A DNA stretch of 64,000 bases from an uncultured Verrucomicrobiae bacterium (GCA_963707025.1 CAVPOM010000015.1:192001-256000), one strand, 5' to 3'. Counted from the stretch's first letter, positions 42,597-53,476 are shown. The notes: a model not told the origin generated them from the letters alone. Made by a program: numbers and translations.

Positions 42597-44046
42597 CACA
42601 GCCATCCCACAGGAAATTGGAAAAAAGTGTTGGCTTGACCATTTGAACCTGCCACAAGGCAGGCATGAAAAACAAAAAAATCAAACCGACACGGTCCCGG
42701 TTTAACGTTTTGCGCCAGATTTGCAATCTCATTCCTGCGCATGAAGTCTCCAAAATAGCGCGGGAGACCGGGCTCTGGATAAGTCGCGCACCTTCAGTCC
42801 GTGGAGTCACACGGTCAGTTTGCTGGACGCGCAACTCACCCATTGCATCGGACTCAACGATCTGTGCGACTCGCTGCAATTGCATTCCGGGCCGCTGTCC
42901 ACTTTGCGCGGCGCCAGCGCCCCCAGCCGCAACGGCCTCTCCCACGCCAACCGGGAGCGTCCGGCCCAGATGGCCGAACAACTCTTCTGGCGGGTCCTGG
43001 AGCATTTGAAAGCACAGACGCCCGGCTTTGCCGCGGGCCAGCGCCGTGGCCCCGCCTTCCGTTTCAAGATGCCCATCCATGTGATTGATAGCACGACCAT
43101 GGAACTGGTGGCCAACTGCCTGGACTGGGCCAAGCACCGCCGGCGCAAGGCCGCCGCCAAAACCCATATGCGGTTGAATCTGCAGAATCTTTTGCCCGGT
43201 TTTGTCATTGTGGACACTGCCGCCGAGCACGACAACCGACGGGCGCGGGAACTGTGCGCCGACTTGAAGAGCGGCGAAATCGCCTTGTTCGACAAGGGTT
43301 ATGTGGACTTCGGCCACTTGCGGGATTTGGACGGGCGCGGGGTCTTTTGGGTGACGCGGGCCAAGGAGAACATGGGCTATGAGGTGGTGCGGAAAATGCC
43401 CGCCTCCAGAGACCCGAAGATTTTGCGCGACGAAGTGATCGTCCTGAGCAACGAGAACAAACCCGCGCCGGAGTTGATGCGCCGGGTGGTGGCGCTGGTC
43501 GAGATTGATGGAGAGGAACGGGAAATGACCTTCCTGACCAACAACCTGGAGTGGAGTCCGCGCAGCGTGGCCGACCTTTACCGCTGCCGCTGGCAGATCG
43601 AAGTCTTCTTCAAACAAATCAAGCAGACCTTGCAGTTGGCGGATTTTCTGGGCCACAACGCCAACGCCGTGCGCTGGCAGGTGTGGACGGCGCTGTTGAC
43701 CTACGTGCTGTTGCGCTACCTCAGTCACCTCTCCAACTGGGCGCACAGCTTCACCCGGCTGTTCACGATTTTGCGGGCGGCGCTCTGGGAGAAATATGAT
43801 CTGCTCAATTTGCTGGCGTGCTATGGGACAGCAGGCGGCAGCTTTCGCCACTTGGCGCGGCCCGAGCAGGCGTATTTCCCCGGCTTCCAATAAAGCTATG
43901 GGACAGCACACGCGCCCAAACAGGCGCATACCACACCCAAAAGCCAAACTCGGAAAAATCAAAATCTCATTTTACCCCGAAGACCAATTAAACCCTTGCA
44001 AATGAACAGGTCAGCACCAGACTTTTCCCCTTATGAGACGGGTGTG
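42597..44046 (+). mobile_element. IS4-family insertion sequence nested in the IS1-family element (1450 bp)
   Basis: Imperfect TIRs CACAGCCATCCCACAGG / CCTTATGAGACGGGTGTG; 9-bp TSD AATAGCCTT at 42588-42596 and 44047-44055. Confidence 0.88.
42665..43893 (+). CDS. IS4 transposase, frameshifted near 42770
   Basis: IDSTT, FDKGY and YRCRWQIEVFFKQIKQ (YREK) motifs; one extra G restores ETGALDKSRTFSPWSH. Confidence 0.9.
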
Positions 44047-44072
44047 AATAGCCTTCATAAACTCCTTATTTT

Positions 44073-44393
44073 ATGACCGACAACGAAACTCGCCTCAACG
44101 AGCAATCCATTTTTGACATTCTGGATGATCTCCGGCGAGCCGGATTTGTTGAGAGTTTCGTCATCAAGGAAGGGAGCGTCCGTGTCGAAGAAGCCAGGAT
44201 CACCTTCACCGAAAAGGGCCGACATTTGATTTCCGCATATGGAGACGCTTTCAGTTGCCTTGGGGACCACGACAAGCGGCACATAGAAACGCTTGACGAA
44301 TTCCTCCGTGCGTTTGCGGCCCAGCAAATCCGGTATATTTCCGGGCAAAGGCTTATCCGGGCCGCAGATGGTGGCTATATCCTCAGCCGTTAA
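44073..44393 (+). CDS. Passenger ORF3, putative winged-helix protein
   Basis: IFDILDDLRRAGFVE...ITFTEKGRHL fits the wHTH L..L...G.V...LT.KG pattern. Confidence 0.5.
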   Translation: MTDNETRLNEQSIFDILDDLRRAGFVESFVIKEGSVRVEEARITFTEKGRHLISAYGDAFSCLGDHDKRHIETLDEFLRAFAAQQIRYISGQRLIRAADGGYILSR

Positions 44394-44486
44394 GGTAATG
44401 GTTTTAGGAATTATCCGCTGAATCCTTATTGAAATTCTCAGGTACGGAGTAAAATCGTGCGTGGCTTTTTGGTATGGCATTTGAAT

Positions 44487-45448
44487 TTAGGTTGTTGATT
44501 GTGTCGTTTGTTCGATCAATTCCTCTACCGACCAAGAGTGGTCGGTGAGTTTCGCGCCCACAGCGGGCGTACATCCCAAAGTTGAATGGACCTTGCAGAA
44601 ATTATAGGCCGCCACAAACAGGCTGTTCGCCGCCTTGTGGTTTTCCAGCTTGCGGGACCAGCCGAGGCCGAGGCGCACAAACCGCTTGTTGAAATGCCGG
44701 ACGGTCAAATTGGCCCGTTCAACATGGCTGGTGCAAATTCTGTCCCGGCGTGGATTACCCGCCTTCACCCGAACCTTGACGCCGACGAAGGGGGCGGGTG
44801 AATATCGCCGGGCAGCTTCGACTTGGCCAAGCGGGGTGGCGAACTGCTTTACCATAACGGCATAATCCAGCCGCTCCAAGAGGTATTGGCGGATGATGGC
44901 CGGGTATGCCCGAAAGGCGTCGCTGGTGATTTGGATGCGCCCGACGATTCGGGAGGCCAAATCCTTTACGAAAACATCTGTATCTCGGCATCCCGTTTGC
45001 CCGTGTAATGGCTGACAATCAGCTTCTCCCGCGCCGCGATACCCAGGAACGTGTAAAAGTCGCCGCGCTCGGTGTCATCTTCCGTTGTGCGGCTCTGGCG
45101 GATTGCGACCCGGCTCCAGAGTTCGTCAACCTGAACCGAATCGGTGGTGATATTGCGAACGAGCCGATCATGCAGGCCAGCGCAGGCGGTGCCAACTTCC
45201 GACAGGACACCCAAAACCGTCCGGGTGTGGCAATCGGTTAATCGGCTGATGGCGCGGACTCCGCATCCCTCGGAGAACAGGCGGACAATCTGGACAATCT
45301 TCCCATGCTCGATCCTCACGCCTTCCAACGGCTGGGATTCGGAAAATGTTTTCCCACACCGGACGCAGCGGTAACGCTGGACGATTCGGTTGCGGTTCTC
45401 AAAATGGCCGAAACGCTGGGTTTCGCCCTGACAGCAATGACAATTCAA
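44487..45448 (-). CDS. IS1-family transposase (Zn ribbon-HTH-DDE), frameshifted near 44985
   Basis: CHCC...YRCVRCGKTF, EGCGVRAISRLT, VQVDELWS, TSDAFRAY and TSHVERANLT motifs. Probable TTG start at 45448 after GAAAGG. Confidence 0.85.
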
Positions 45449-45572
45449 CTTGCCTTTCCGGGCAGGATGAACTACTGTCAAGTCTGCATCTAGCGATGTG
45501 CGACCGAACGCAGTTCACGCTGCGCTTTGTTGCGCCCTGCCGGTGTTCAAGCACTGGCAGGGCAGTTTAAAT

Positions 45573-45660
45573 TTTAGGATCAGGGCGGGGTGTCTCCGGC
45601 TAATGAAGCTGGGATTTACCGTCTAAGGGAAGCCTTGCAAGCTCCCCGCCCGTTCCTGAA
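45573..45660 (-). ncRNA. Predicted multibranch RNA in the transposase leader (motif copy A)
   Basis: Minus-strand stem TTCAGGAACGGGCGGGG / CCCCGCCCTGATCCTAAA; inner hairpin CCAGC-TTCATTA-GCCGG followed by AGACA. Confidence 0.5.
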
Positions 45661-45681
45661 ATTACTTCGCAGAACGGGGGT

Positions 45682-45709
45682 AGTTTACCACATCCACCTT
45701 AAGACGCAA
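45682..45709 (-). promoter_or_regulatory. Putative promoter for the RNA/transposase transcript
   Basis: TTGCGT-N16-TAAACT with an extended TGn on the minus strand. Confidence 0.4.
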
Positions 45710-45769
45710 GCAAATGTTTATTGCGAATAGGGCATGTGCTTATGATGTAAAAGATTGTGCGAAATGGCC

Positions 45770-45798
45770 TTGACATCCATAAGCATGAGGCTTATCGT
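45770..45798 (+). promoter_or_regulatory. Sigma70 promoter with an overlapping palindromic operator
   Basis: TTGACA-N17-TATCGT; ATAAGC-N5-GCTTAT lies across the spacer and -10; ATG is 6 nt downstream (leaderless). Confidence 0.65.
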
Positions 45799-45804
45799 GC
45801 GGGT

Positions 45805-46206
45805 ATGGTTGATGATAAATTTGACATTTTAAAATCGAAATACTCGGAGCGCCTTCGCCAGGCAGAGCGCCAGGTGTCCGAATTAAAAGAGAAGCTCCGC
45901 CTTATCAAGGAACTGGAAGTTGAGGCCAACGCCCAAGCGGTGAATGGGGCCGACGCTGTGGATGGCCAATATAAAACCGCCACTCTTACCCCCGCCATTT
46001 TTGATGCCCTGTCGGTTCTGGCTAAATCCGATTGGATCACCGGCGGTGCGATAAGGAAACATCTCCTGGCGCACGGGTTCCAGCCGAAGGGAAATCATTT
46101 TTCCACTTCGGTCAACCTGACGCTAAGGCGGCTGGCGAAAAACAAGCAAATCCAGACAAAATTGGAGGAGGGAAGCCGACTTTACCAGAGCATCGAAAAG
46201 AAATGA
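45805..46206 (+). CDS. Passenger ORF4, coiled-coil plus winged-helix protein
   Basis: Heptad N-terminus LRQAERQVSELKEKLRLIKELE; C-terminal AIFDAL...IRKHLLAHG...SVNLTLRRL...SRLY wHTH pattern. Confidence 0.7.
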   Translation: MVDDKFDILKSKYSERLRQAERQVSELKEKLRLIKELEVEANAQAVNGADAVDGQYKTATLTPAIFDALSVLAKSDWITGGAIRKHLLAHGFQPKGNHFSTSVNLTLRRLAKNKQIQTKLEEGSRLYQSIEKK

Positions 46207-46289
46207 TTGCAGAAAAGGGGCGCGGAGGATAGCGTGGCACATTCACTTGCATCATTAGCAAGAGACAACGCGCCCCTTTTCTGCAATCA
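46204..46289 (+). ncRNA. Predicted structured RNA (motif copy B)
   Basis: Perfect 21-bp stem TGATTGCAGAAAAGGGGCGCG / CGCGCCCCTTTTCTGCAATCA encloses CTTGC-ATCATTA-GCAAG followed by AGACA. Confidence 0.5.
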
Positions 46290-46442
46290 CGAGACAGTAT
46301 GGCTTTTTGCAATGCGAAAGTCAAACAGAGTTTTAAACGAAGGTCCACACCGTGGGGCGGGACCGCCTTCGGGGAAAAAGGCAGGGTTTTTTGGAGGATT
46401 TTTCATTTGATTTTAAAAGTGAAAAATCTTTAAATCACGCCT

Positions 46443-46907
46443 ATGGAACCGTTGAAGCCTTCCGACCCTGATTATCTTCCGCCCACCAAGGGCAAGACAC
46501 CGGAAGAAATGGCGGACTGGATGGCCAAGAATATGCCGGGTAAGCCGGAATATCTGACATGCCTTTGCAGGGCGTGCTCTCAAAAATTGGAATTTCCCGT
46601 CGAATTGTTTTTCCAGAATTTTAAATGCCCGACGTGTGGAGAAGTGACGCGACTTTTCAATCGAGAATATGGCGATCTCGTCACGACGGAAATGGGGAGG
46701 CGGGTTGAAGCATATTCACGCAGGGTTGGATGTCCAAATTGCGGCTGCTTGGATTATGATCTCTATGAACCAGCAAGGCCGGTCGTTTTTGGTTCGATGA
46801 CTTTCACGGGCCAGCTTCTCGCCGGAATTTCAAACAGCATGGCAGATGCCATGTTCAAGCCGGAAAAGGTGTGCTGTAAATGTGGCCAGCACAGGCCAGA
46901 TTTTTAA
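46443..46907 (+). CDS. Passenger ORF5, double zinc-ribbon protein
   Basis: Four CxxC pairs: CRAC, CPTC, CPNC, CCKC; ends next to the right TIR. Confidence 0.7.
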   Translation: MEPLKPSDPDYLPPTKGKTPEEMADWMAKNMPGKPEYLTCLCRACSQKLEFPVELFFQNFKCPTCGEVTRLFNREYGDLVTTEMGRRVEAYSRRVGCPNCGCLDYDLYEPARPVVFGSMTFTGQLLAGISNSMADAMFKPEKVCCKCGQHRPDF

Positions 46908-47005
46908 GCATTTATCAACAATCTGGTAGTACACGACCCAACTTTCCACGGCTCCGCTTTTCCTCTTGCCTCTTGGCGCCGTCGGCGCAACATCCGCCCA
47001 TCACT

Positions 47006-48555
47006 ATGAAAATACTATGCCTCCTTCTGGTTGTGACCGTGCCGGCTTTCGCCCAGGGCCGCCGCGGGCGCGGCGCGCAAATTGATGCCACCGTCCCGTC
47101 CCAGCGCTCCGGAAGCGTTGACACCAATACTCCCGTCTCGGAGAAGATTGATGAAACGCCGGTCATCACGCATCACACCAATACGGTCGGCGGCAGGACG
47201 CTGGTCTATACCGCCACGGCGGCGGAGATGCCGATTTTCAACGCGGTCGGCGAAGTGGAAGCGCACATGTTCTATGTCGCCTACACGCTGGATGAGGCCA
47301 GCAATAATCCGGCCCGGCGGCCGGTGTCCTTTTCCTTTAACGGCGGGCCGGGCTCGGCTTCGGTCTGGGTCCACATGGGTGCCTTTGGCCCAGGCGGGTG
47401 AACCTGACGGACAGCGGCGACATGCCGCCGCCGCCCTACCATTTGGTGGACAACGAAGACACGCTGCTGGATCAAACGGACCTGGTGTTCATTGACGCGG
47501 TGGGCACGGGTTTCAGCCGCGCCAAATCGCCGGAACTGGCGCGCAAATATGAGGGGGTGCAGGGCGATTTGACGGCCTTCGGGGAATTTATCCGCCTGTA
47601 TTTGACACGCAATTCGCGCTGGCTCTCGCCCCTGTTCATCGTGGGGGAAAGCTACGGGACCTTCCGGGCGGCGGGCCTGGCCGGAACCCTGGTGGAACAG
47701 GGGATCGCGCTCAACGGCGTGGTTTTGGTTTCGACCATTTTATATTACGAGACCGCGCGCGCCAGCCTGGCCAACGGGCTGCCTTATGCCTTGAACATCC
47801 CAACCTACGCCGCCGACGCCTGGTATCATAAGAAGCTGGCCCCGGACCTGCAACGGCTGGAGGTGCCGGTCTTGACCAAGGAAGTCGAGGGCTGGGCCAT
47901 GACCGCCTATCTCCAGGCGCTGAACAAGGGGGACCAATTGCCCGACGGCGAACGCAAGGAGGTGGTGGCCCGGCTGGCGAGATATACCGGGTTGAGCACC
48001 AATTACGTGGACCAAAGCAACCTGCGCTTCGGCGTCGGCCAGTTCACCCGCGAATTGTTGCGCGACGAAAAATTGACCATTGGCCGCTACGACGGGCGGC
48101 TGACCGGGCCGTCGCCGTTGAACATGGGGGAAACGTCGGATTTCGATCCTTCCGGCTCACTGCCCCTGCCGCCCTTCCGGGCGACGTTCATGGATTACGT
48201 GCGCGGCACCTTGGAATTCAAGACGGACATGACCTATTATATCAGCGGCGGCACGGTGGGATGGGATTGGGGCGTGGTCAACGGCTATGTTGAAACCGGC
48301 AGCCTCCTGCGCAGCGCCTTTCAGAAAAATCCGCATCTGAAAGTGCTGGTGTGCGCCGGCTATTTCGATTTGGCCTGCCCCTACTTCGACGCCGAATATG
48401 CGCTCAACCACCTGGGCATTCACCCCGAGACGCAGAAGAACATCTCTTGGGCCTTCTACGAAGCTGGCCACATGATGTACATTGACCGCAAATCGCACGC
48501 CAAGCTCAGGCACGACATCGCCGCGTTCATGCAGCAGAACGTCCCGGCGCAGTGA
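47006..48555 (+). CDS. S10 serine carboxypeptidase, frameshifted near 47392
   Basis: FNGGPGSAS, FIDAVGTGFS, GESYG and YEAGHMMY motifs; one extra C restores GPRRVN. Confidence 0.92.
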
Positions 48556-48616
48556 GGACCGAGGACGAACGAGCCAAGAAAGCTTGCAAGAATTGGCCGA
48601 AGCATTACGTTGCCGG

Positions 48617-49273
48617 GTGTGCCGGGTACTTTTAACGGTTCAGTTTCTCCGCGACGAAGCAATTGCCTTTGCCAGAGTGGAGTCAAAATTCGCCGAGCCG
48701 TCTCTGTTTGGGGTTACGGATGGAAAAGCTGTCGGGACTTATCTTGAGCACAAGTTTCAAGCGTACCTACAAAGCAAATATCAATATGCCAAGGGAAGTT
48801 CGGCCAGGGGAATTGATTTCCCGGAATTGGATGTTGACATAAAAGTCACCAGCATTCGCCAGCCACAGTCCTCCTGCCCGTTCAAAAGCGCCCGCCAAAA
48901 GATCTACGGTCTTGGCTACTCACTGCTTGTTTTCGTCTATGACAAGCACGATGATCCGCAGACTCAGACGGGCCGCCTGGAATTGCAGCACACGATTTTT
49001 GTCGAAAAAGAACGCACGGCCGATTATCAGATCACCGTTGCCTTGCGGAACATGATTGAGAACGGCGCGAATCGTGATGACATTCTCGCCTGTTTCGAAG
49101 AACGTCTTTTGCCGGTTGACAATGTTGAAGCGGAAGCGTTGGCCGAGGAGGTTCTACGGAATATGCCGCCGATCGGCTATTTGACGATCTCGAACGCCCT
49201 CCAATGGCGGCTTCAGTATTCCAGGGTGATTGAACAAGCCGGAAAAGTGGAAGGAGTTTTGCGGCTGGAATGA
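48617..49273 (+). CDS. Type II restriction endonuclease (NspV-like, from recall)
   Basis: GVTDGKAVGTYLEHKF and GIDFPELDVDIKVTS (PD-D/ExK-like); ATGA coupling to the MTase. Start approximate. Confidence 0.72.
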   Translation: MCRVLLTVQFLRDEAIAFARVESKFAEPSLFGVTDGKAVGTYLEHKFQAYLQSKYQYAKGSSARGIDFPELDVDIKVTSIRQPQSSCPFKSARQKIYGLGYSLLVFVYDKHDDPQTQTGRLELQHTIFVEKERTADYQITVALRNMIENGANRDDILACFEERLLPVDNVEAEALAEEVLRNMPPIGYLTISNALQWRLQYSRVIEQAGKVEGVLRLE

Positions 49274-50810
49274 GATCGAATGCGAAAGTTGAGTTTGGGG
49301 ATTTTCAGACCCCGCAGGCGCTGGCCAACCAAGTTTGCGCGCTGTTGGCGCGACGCCAAATTGTTCCGGACTTCGTTCTCGAACCAACTTGCGGAGTTGG
49401 CTCTTTTCTTGTGGCGGCCGCCCACTCGTTTTCCCGCGCGCAATTGTTCGGCTGGGACATCAATGGCGATTATGTGGAAAAAACGCGCGCCGCTCTCCGC
49501 CAGGCAGGCGCGGCTGGGCGCTCTACGGTTGCGCGGCAGGATTTTTTCAAACACAACTGGGAACGGGAACTGGCCGGTTTTAAGGGCGAACTTCTCATTC
49601 TCGGCAATCTTCCTTGGGTCACAAATGCCGCGGTTTCCAGTCTCAACGGGGGCAATGTGCCTGTCAAGCGCAATTTTCAAGGATTTCGCGGCCTGGAGGC
49701 TCGCACCGGCAAATCCAATTTCGATATTTCGGAATGGATGCTGATTGAGCTGATAAAATCCCTGCGTGGAAGGCCGGCGACCATCGCAGTACTTTGCAAG
49801 ACGGCCATCGCCCGAAAATTGCTTCGCTTCGCATGGCAGAATGACGGACGGATCACGGCGGCATCGCTTTATCTCATTGACGCCAAAAAGCATTTTGAAG
49901 CAGCAGTGGATGCTTGCTTGCTTTTGGCGCGAACCGGCTCGGCAGGTCCGACGGAAGCGGCGGTTTTTGACGATCTGCAGGCCCAAACGCCAGCAAAGGT
50001 TTTGGGCTTGGCCGGCCAGGATCTTGTCTCCAATGTCCGGGATTACGAAAAGCTCAGGCATTTGGAGGGACTTTGCCCATATCAATGGCGGTCCGGTGTC
50101 AAACATGATTGCTCCTCGGTGATGGAACTCTGGCTCGAGGGGGAAACGTGCTGCGCAACAAACTCGATGAGAAAGTGGAACTCGAACCGGACTTTTTGTT
50201 TCCGCTCCTAAAATGCTCCGACCTGGCAAATGGCAGAACCGAGCCGGAGCGTTTTGTTTTGGTGACGCAAACGCGGGTTGGCGAAGATACTTCCGGGATT
50301 TCCACCAAAGCTCCTCTGACCTGGAATTATCTGGATTCACACAGAAGACTTTTCGAGGCGCGAAAGAGTTCCATCTACGCCAGCCGGATTCCGTTCGCGC
50401 TTTTTGGCATCGGCGATTATTCATTTGCGCCGTGGAAGGTGGCGATTTCGGGATTCCATAAGACACCGCGCTTTGTCCGGGTGGCGCCTTGGCAAGACAA
50501 GCCGGTTTTTTTTGATGATGCGTGTTATTTTCTGCCGTTTCAGAACCTGGAAGAAACCGAAGCCGTCGCCGATATTCTAAATTCCGAGCCATGTCTGCGT
50601 TTTATTGCGTCGCTTTTGTTTGAAGATTCCAAGCGCCCGATTACGGTTGAACTGCTGCAACGGCTCAACCTTTACGCAATCGCAGAAGAAGCGGGTTTGG
50701 CCGATAGATGGGCATCCGCTCGCAATCAGCGGAATTGTTATCCTTGTGAGAGCGAGTCCCGGCAAGCTGAATTCCTGATGGAACGACCAGCGTCCTCACG
50801 GCAAAAATGA
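49270..50810 (+). CDS. Amino DNA methyltransferase (gamma class, M.NspV-like), frameshifted near 50140
   Basis: FGDFQTP, LEPTCGVGSFL (motif I) and GNLPW (motif IV); G6 instead of G5 joins the two ORFs. Confidence 0.8.
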
Positions 50811-50965
50811 TGCCGCGGAGCACGCTTGGGGTGCTTTGCCGTCCGGATTGACGAGCCGCGAAATGCCGGATTTCTCCGGAGGGTGCGGGTTGCAGACGCC
50901 CGGGGGTTGCCAGGCCGGGAAATCACCGTTGCCGCCCGCCCCGTCCTGACGGACACGATGGATTC

Positions 50966-53247
50966 TCATTTGGTTTCGATTTTGAAAAGGGCAGAGGCGT
51001 TGGCCGCGAGATCAAGGGGGAATTCGGTGACGCCGTCGGCCACGACCGAGTTCTGCAAAAGGTCGGTGACGCGCGACGGGCGCGGCAGCTTGATGCGGCG
51101 CGAACCGCCGCCCGGCGCGTAAACGCCCAGGAAATCGCCGCCGGCGGAGACGACATCGCCGGCGTCGCTGTATATGTGACAGCCGGCGGCGCGGGCGATG
51201 TTGCGCAGCAGGTCGGCCGGAAGAATCGGCGCGCTGGAATAGACGGAGGTCCAGCCCGCCTGCTGCTTGACAACCAATCCGGGCCGGGCCAGTCCGGCCA
51301 GTTGGCCGAGAACGGCCGCGTCCGGGTCGGCGCCGAAGAAGCGCGGGCTGATGCGAAAGCCGGGCAGATCGCGTTGCAGGCCCGGATCGCGCGGGTCTTT
51401 GAGATAAACCTGGTGATCGTAGTAGCGGATGATGTCCTTGACGTTGACATCCGTGCCGTAGGCGGAATTCTTCAGGCTCCGGGTGTAAGGGGAGTTGGTC
51501 TCGGTGATGTCCACATGCAATTCGCCGGCCGTCAGGCTCTCTGCCAGTGTGATGCCGGCCAGGGCGCTCATGCTGTCCACGGAAAGTTGGTCGGTGATGT
51601 AGCCGGGGGCATAAACCCAGACGGCGGTGGCGTGGTTGCGTTTGAGTTTGGCGTGGATGGCGTCGCGCTGGGCGGGGGTGACGTGAAAGGTGTTCAGAAA
51701 AAGGTAGAGTTTGTAGTCTTTGAGATCCGGGTTGTCCAGGTCGCTCAAAAGCTGCGGTTCCCAGGGCGCGCCGAGGAAGCCCAACTGCCATTGCTTTTGC
51801 GCTGTCAATAATGCGTTGAAGAGCGGCTCGCCATCGCCGCAATACATGAAGCCGGATTCGTCGAGCACCACGGCAATTTCTGCGGCGGACTTTTTATTGC
51901 TGTCGAGGGATTGCGTGTCCACCTGGCGCAGGGCGGCGAGGAGGCTGATGATCCGGTCGTCGTGGTAATCGCCGCCCAACAGGTCGGTCCACCAGAGTCC
52001 GAAGCCCTTGCTCAGGGAGTAGGCGTAATCGCGGATGAGCAGGCCGCGGGTTTCCTCGAAGCTGACGGGGAGATGGAGGCCGTTGCCCCAGCGCCACTGG
52101 CGTTGCTGGAGGTGCGTTTCGGTGTCCACCTCGTTGAAGTAAAGCTTGCCGTGCATCTGGGCCGCTTCCGGCAGGGACTGGGAATTGTCGGGGCCGCCAA
52201 TTTCCTTGTTGTCATAAGTATAGGGGCTGGCCAGAAAATTGACTTCGGGCGCGGCCAGCACCTTGGTCAGGCCAAGCTGCCCGGAGTGAACCGCGCTGAG
52301 GTTGGGGAAATTGCACCAGAGATAGCCGTAAAAGGCCCCGGTGATTTTTTGGTGATGCGTGATTTCCTGGAGCCAGCGGCAATTCTCGATCAGCACCGAG
52401 GCGACGGAATCGTTGTAAAACTCAAAAAAATCCGGGACGCGCCTGCTGAGGGCCGGATCGAAAAAAATGCCGTGGGTGGTGGTGTATCGCGCTTTTTCAT
52501 CGGGGGGCTCGGCGGCATCGAGGCTGGTCTTGGGGTCGCCCCAGGCGCGGCGGAGGGCCTCATCGGTTTTATACTTGTCACCAAGCCAGCGGCGGAAGGC
52601 GGTTTTGGCGGCGGGGCTGTAATCTTCCACGCCGAATTTGGCGGGCGGCGGGGCCCGGGCGGGACTTCCCAGAAGGAATTGAAAGGGAGCCATTCGCCGC
52701 CGAAGCCGTTGCCGGCCTGGTAGCCCGCGATATTGTCCCCGTATTTTTCCTCCAGGTGGGTGACCAGCGCCTTCATGGCCTGGCGCGATAGTTCCCGGTA
52801 ATGCTCCGAGGAAAAAGAGGGATGGGTGCGGCCGGCGGGCATGCCCGCCGCAGAACCGTCGTCGCGCCGGGTGATTTCGTCCGGATACTCCCGCGCGAAC
52901 CATTCGTCGGGGGTAAGGAGGACGCGGCCGATAAAAAGCGCCTTGGGATTTATTTTCAAATAGGCGTCCAGCCGCGCGTCCAGGCGCGAGAAATTGTATT
53001 GCGCGTCGGAGGTCCAGGCGAAGCGGAAGTAGATGTTGTAAATTTGGATGCCGGCGCGGAGGAAATCGTTGTAGTCGTTGGTGCCCGCCTGGTAGGGGGC
53101 GGCCGCCATCTGGCTGGCCGGCTGGCCATTGATGAAAAGAGCCGGCACGCCGTGGAGCAGCTTGACTTCGGTGACCAGGGCGGCTCCGGCCTGGGGCTGC
53201 AGGGCGAGAGCAAGCAACAGGCAAAATAGAATACTCGCTTTTTTCAC
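50966..53247 (-). CDS. Secreted GH42/beta-galactosidase-like glycoside hydrolase, frameshifted near 52655
   Basis: Signal peptide; YNFSRLD, GFGGEW, DYSPAAKTAFRRWL, FYGY, YFNEVD and a trimerisation-like C-terminus. Confidence 0.7.
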
Positions 53248-53376
53248 GACGACTGGTTCGCCCGCAGGGTAGCAGGGCGGGGGGAAATGCAACATGCAAA
53301 ATGCGGAATGATCGCGGATAGGGATGCGCCCGTCACACCTTGTCGAAGTGGCGCCTGGCAGCGCCGCTTTGCAGGC

Positions 53377-53476
53377 AATTGAGAATTGAAAATTGACAAT
53401 TTCTAATTGGTAATTGAGCGGTCGGGGAAGTGGTCTTCAATTGTTAATGACCAATCTTCAATGACCAATTCTCAAT
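53377..53476. repeat. Inverted heptamer arrays (AATTGRN)x6 ... (NNCAATN)x6
   Basis: AATTGAG AATTGAA AATTGAC AATTTCT AATTGGT AATTGAG ... TTCAATT GTTAATG ACCAATC TTCAATG ACCAATT CTCAAT. Confidence 0.75.

Larger units (their letters stand above)
41807..46938 (-). mobile_element. IS1-family element carrying passenger genes (5132 bp including nested IS4)
   Basis: TIRs GGTCGTGTACTACCAGATTGTTGAT(G/A)AAT (28/29); 8-bp TSD CAACTTTC at 41799-41806 and 46939-46946; internal IS1-like transposase. Confidence 0.9.

Noticed and set aside
44055..44480. Minus-strand 141-aa ORF
   Set aside because: Antisense to 44073..44393, which has the more protein-like wHTH pattern; this choice is not certain.
44960..44990. 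Programmed IS1 A6C frameshift
   Set aside because: There is no A-run at the junction and the break lies inside the DDE domain; more likely an indel error or mutation.
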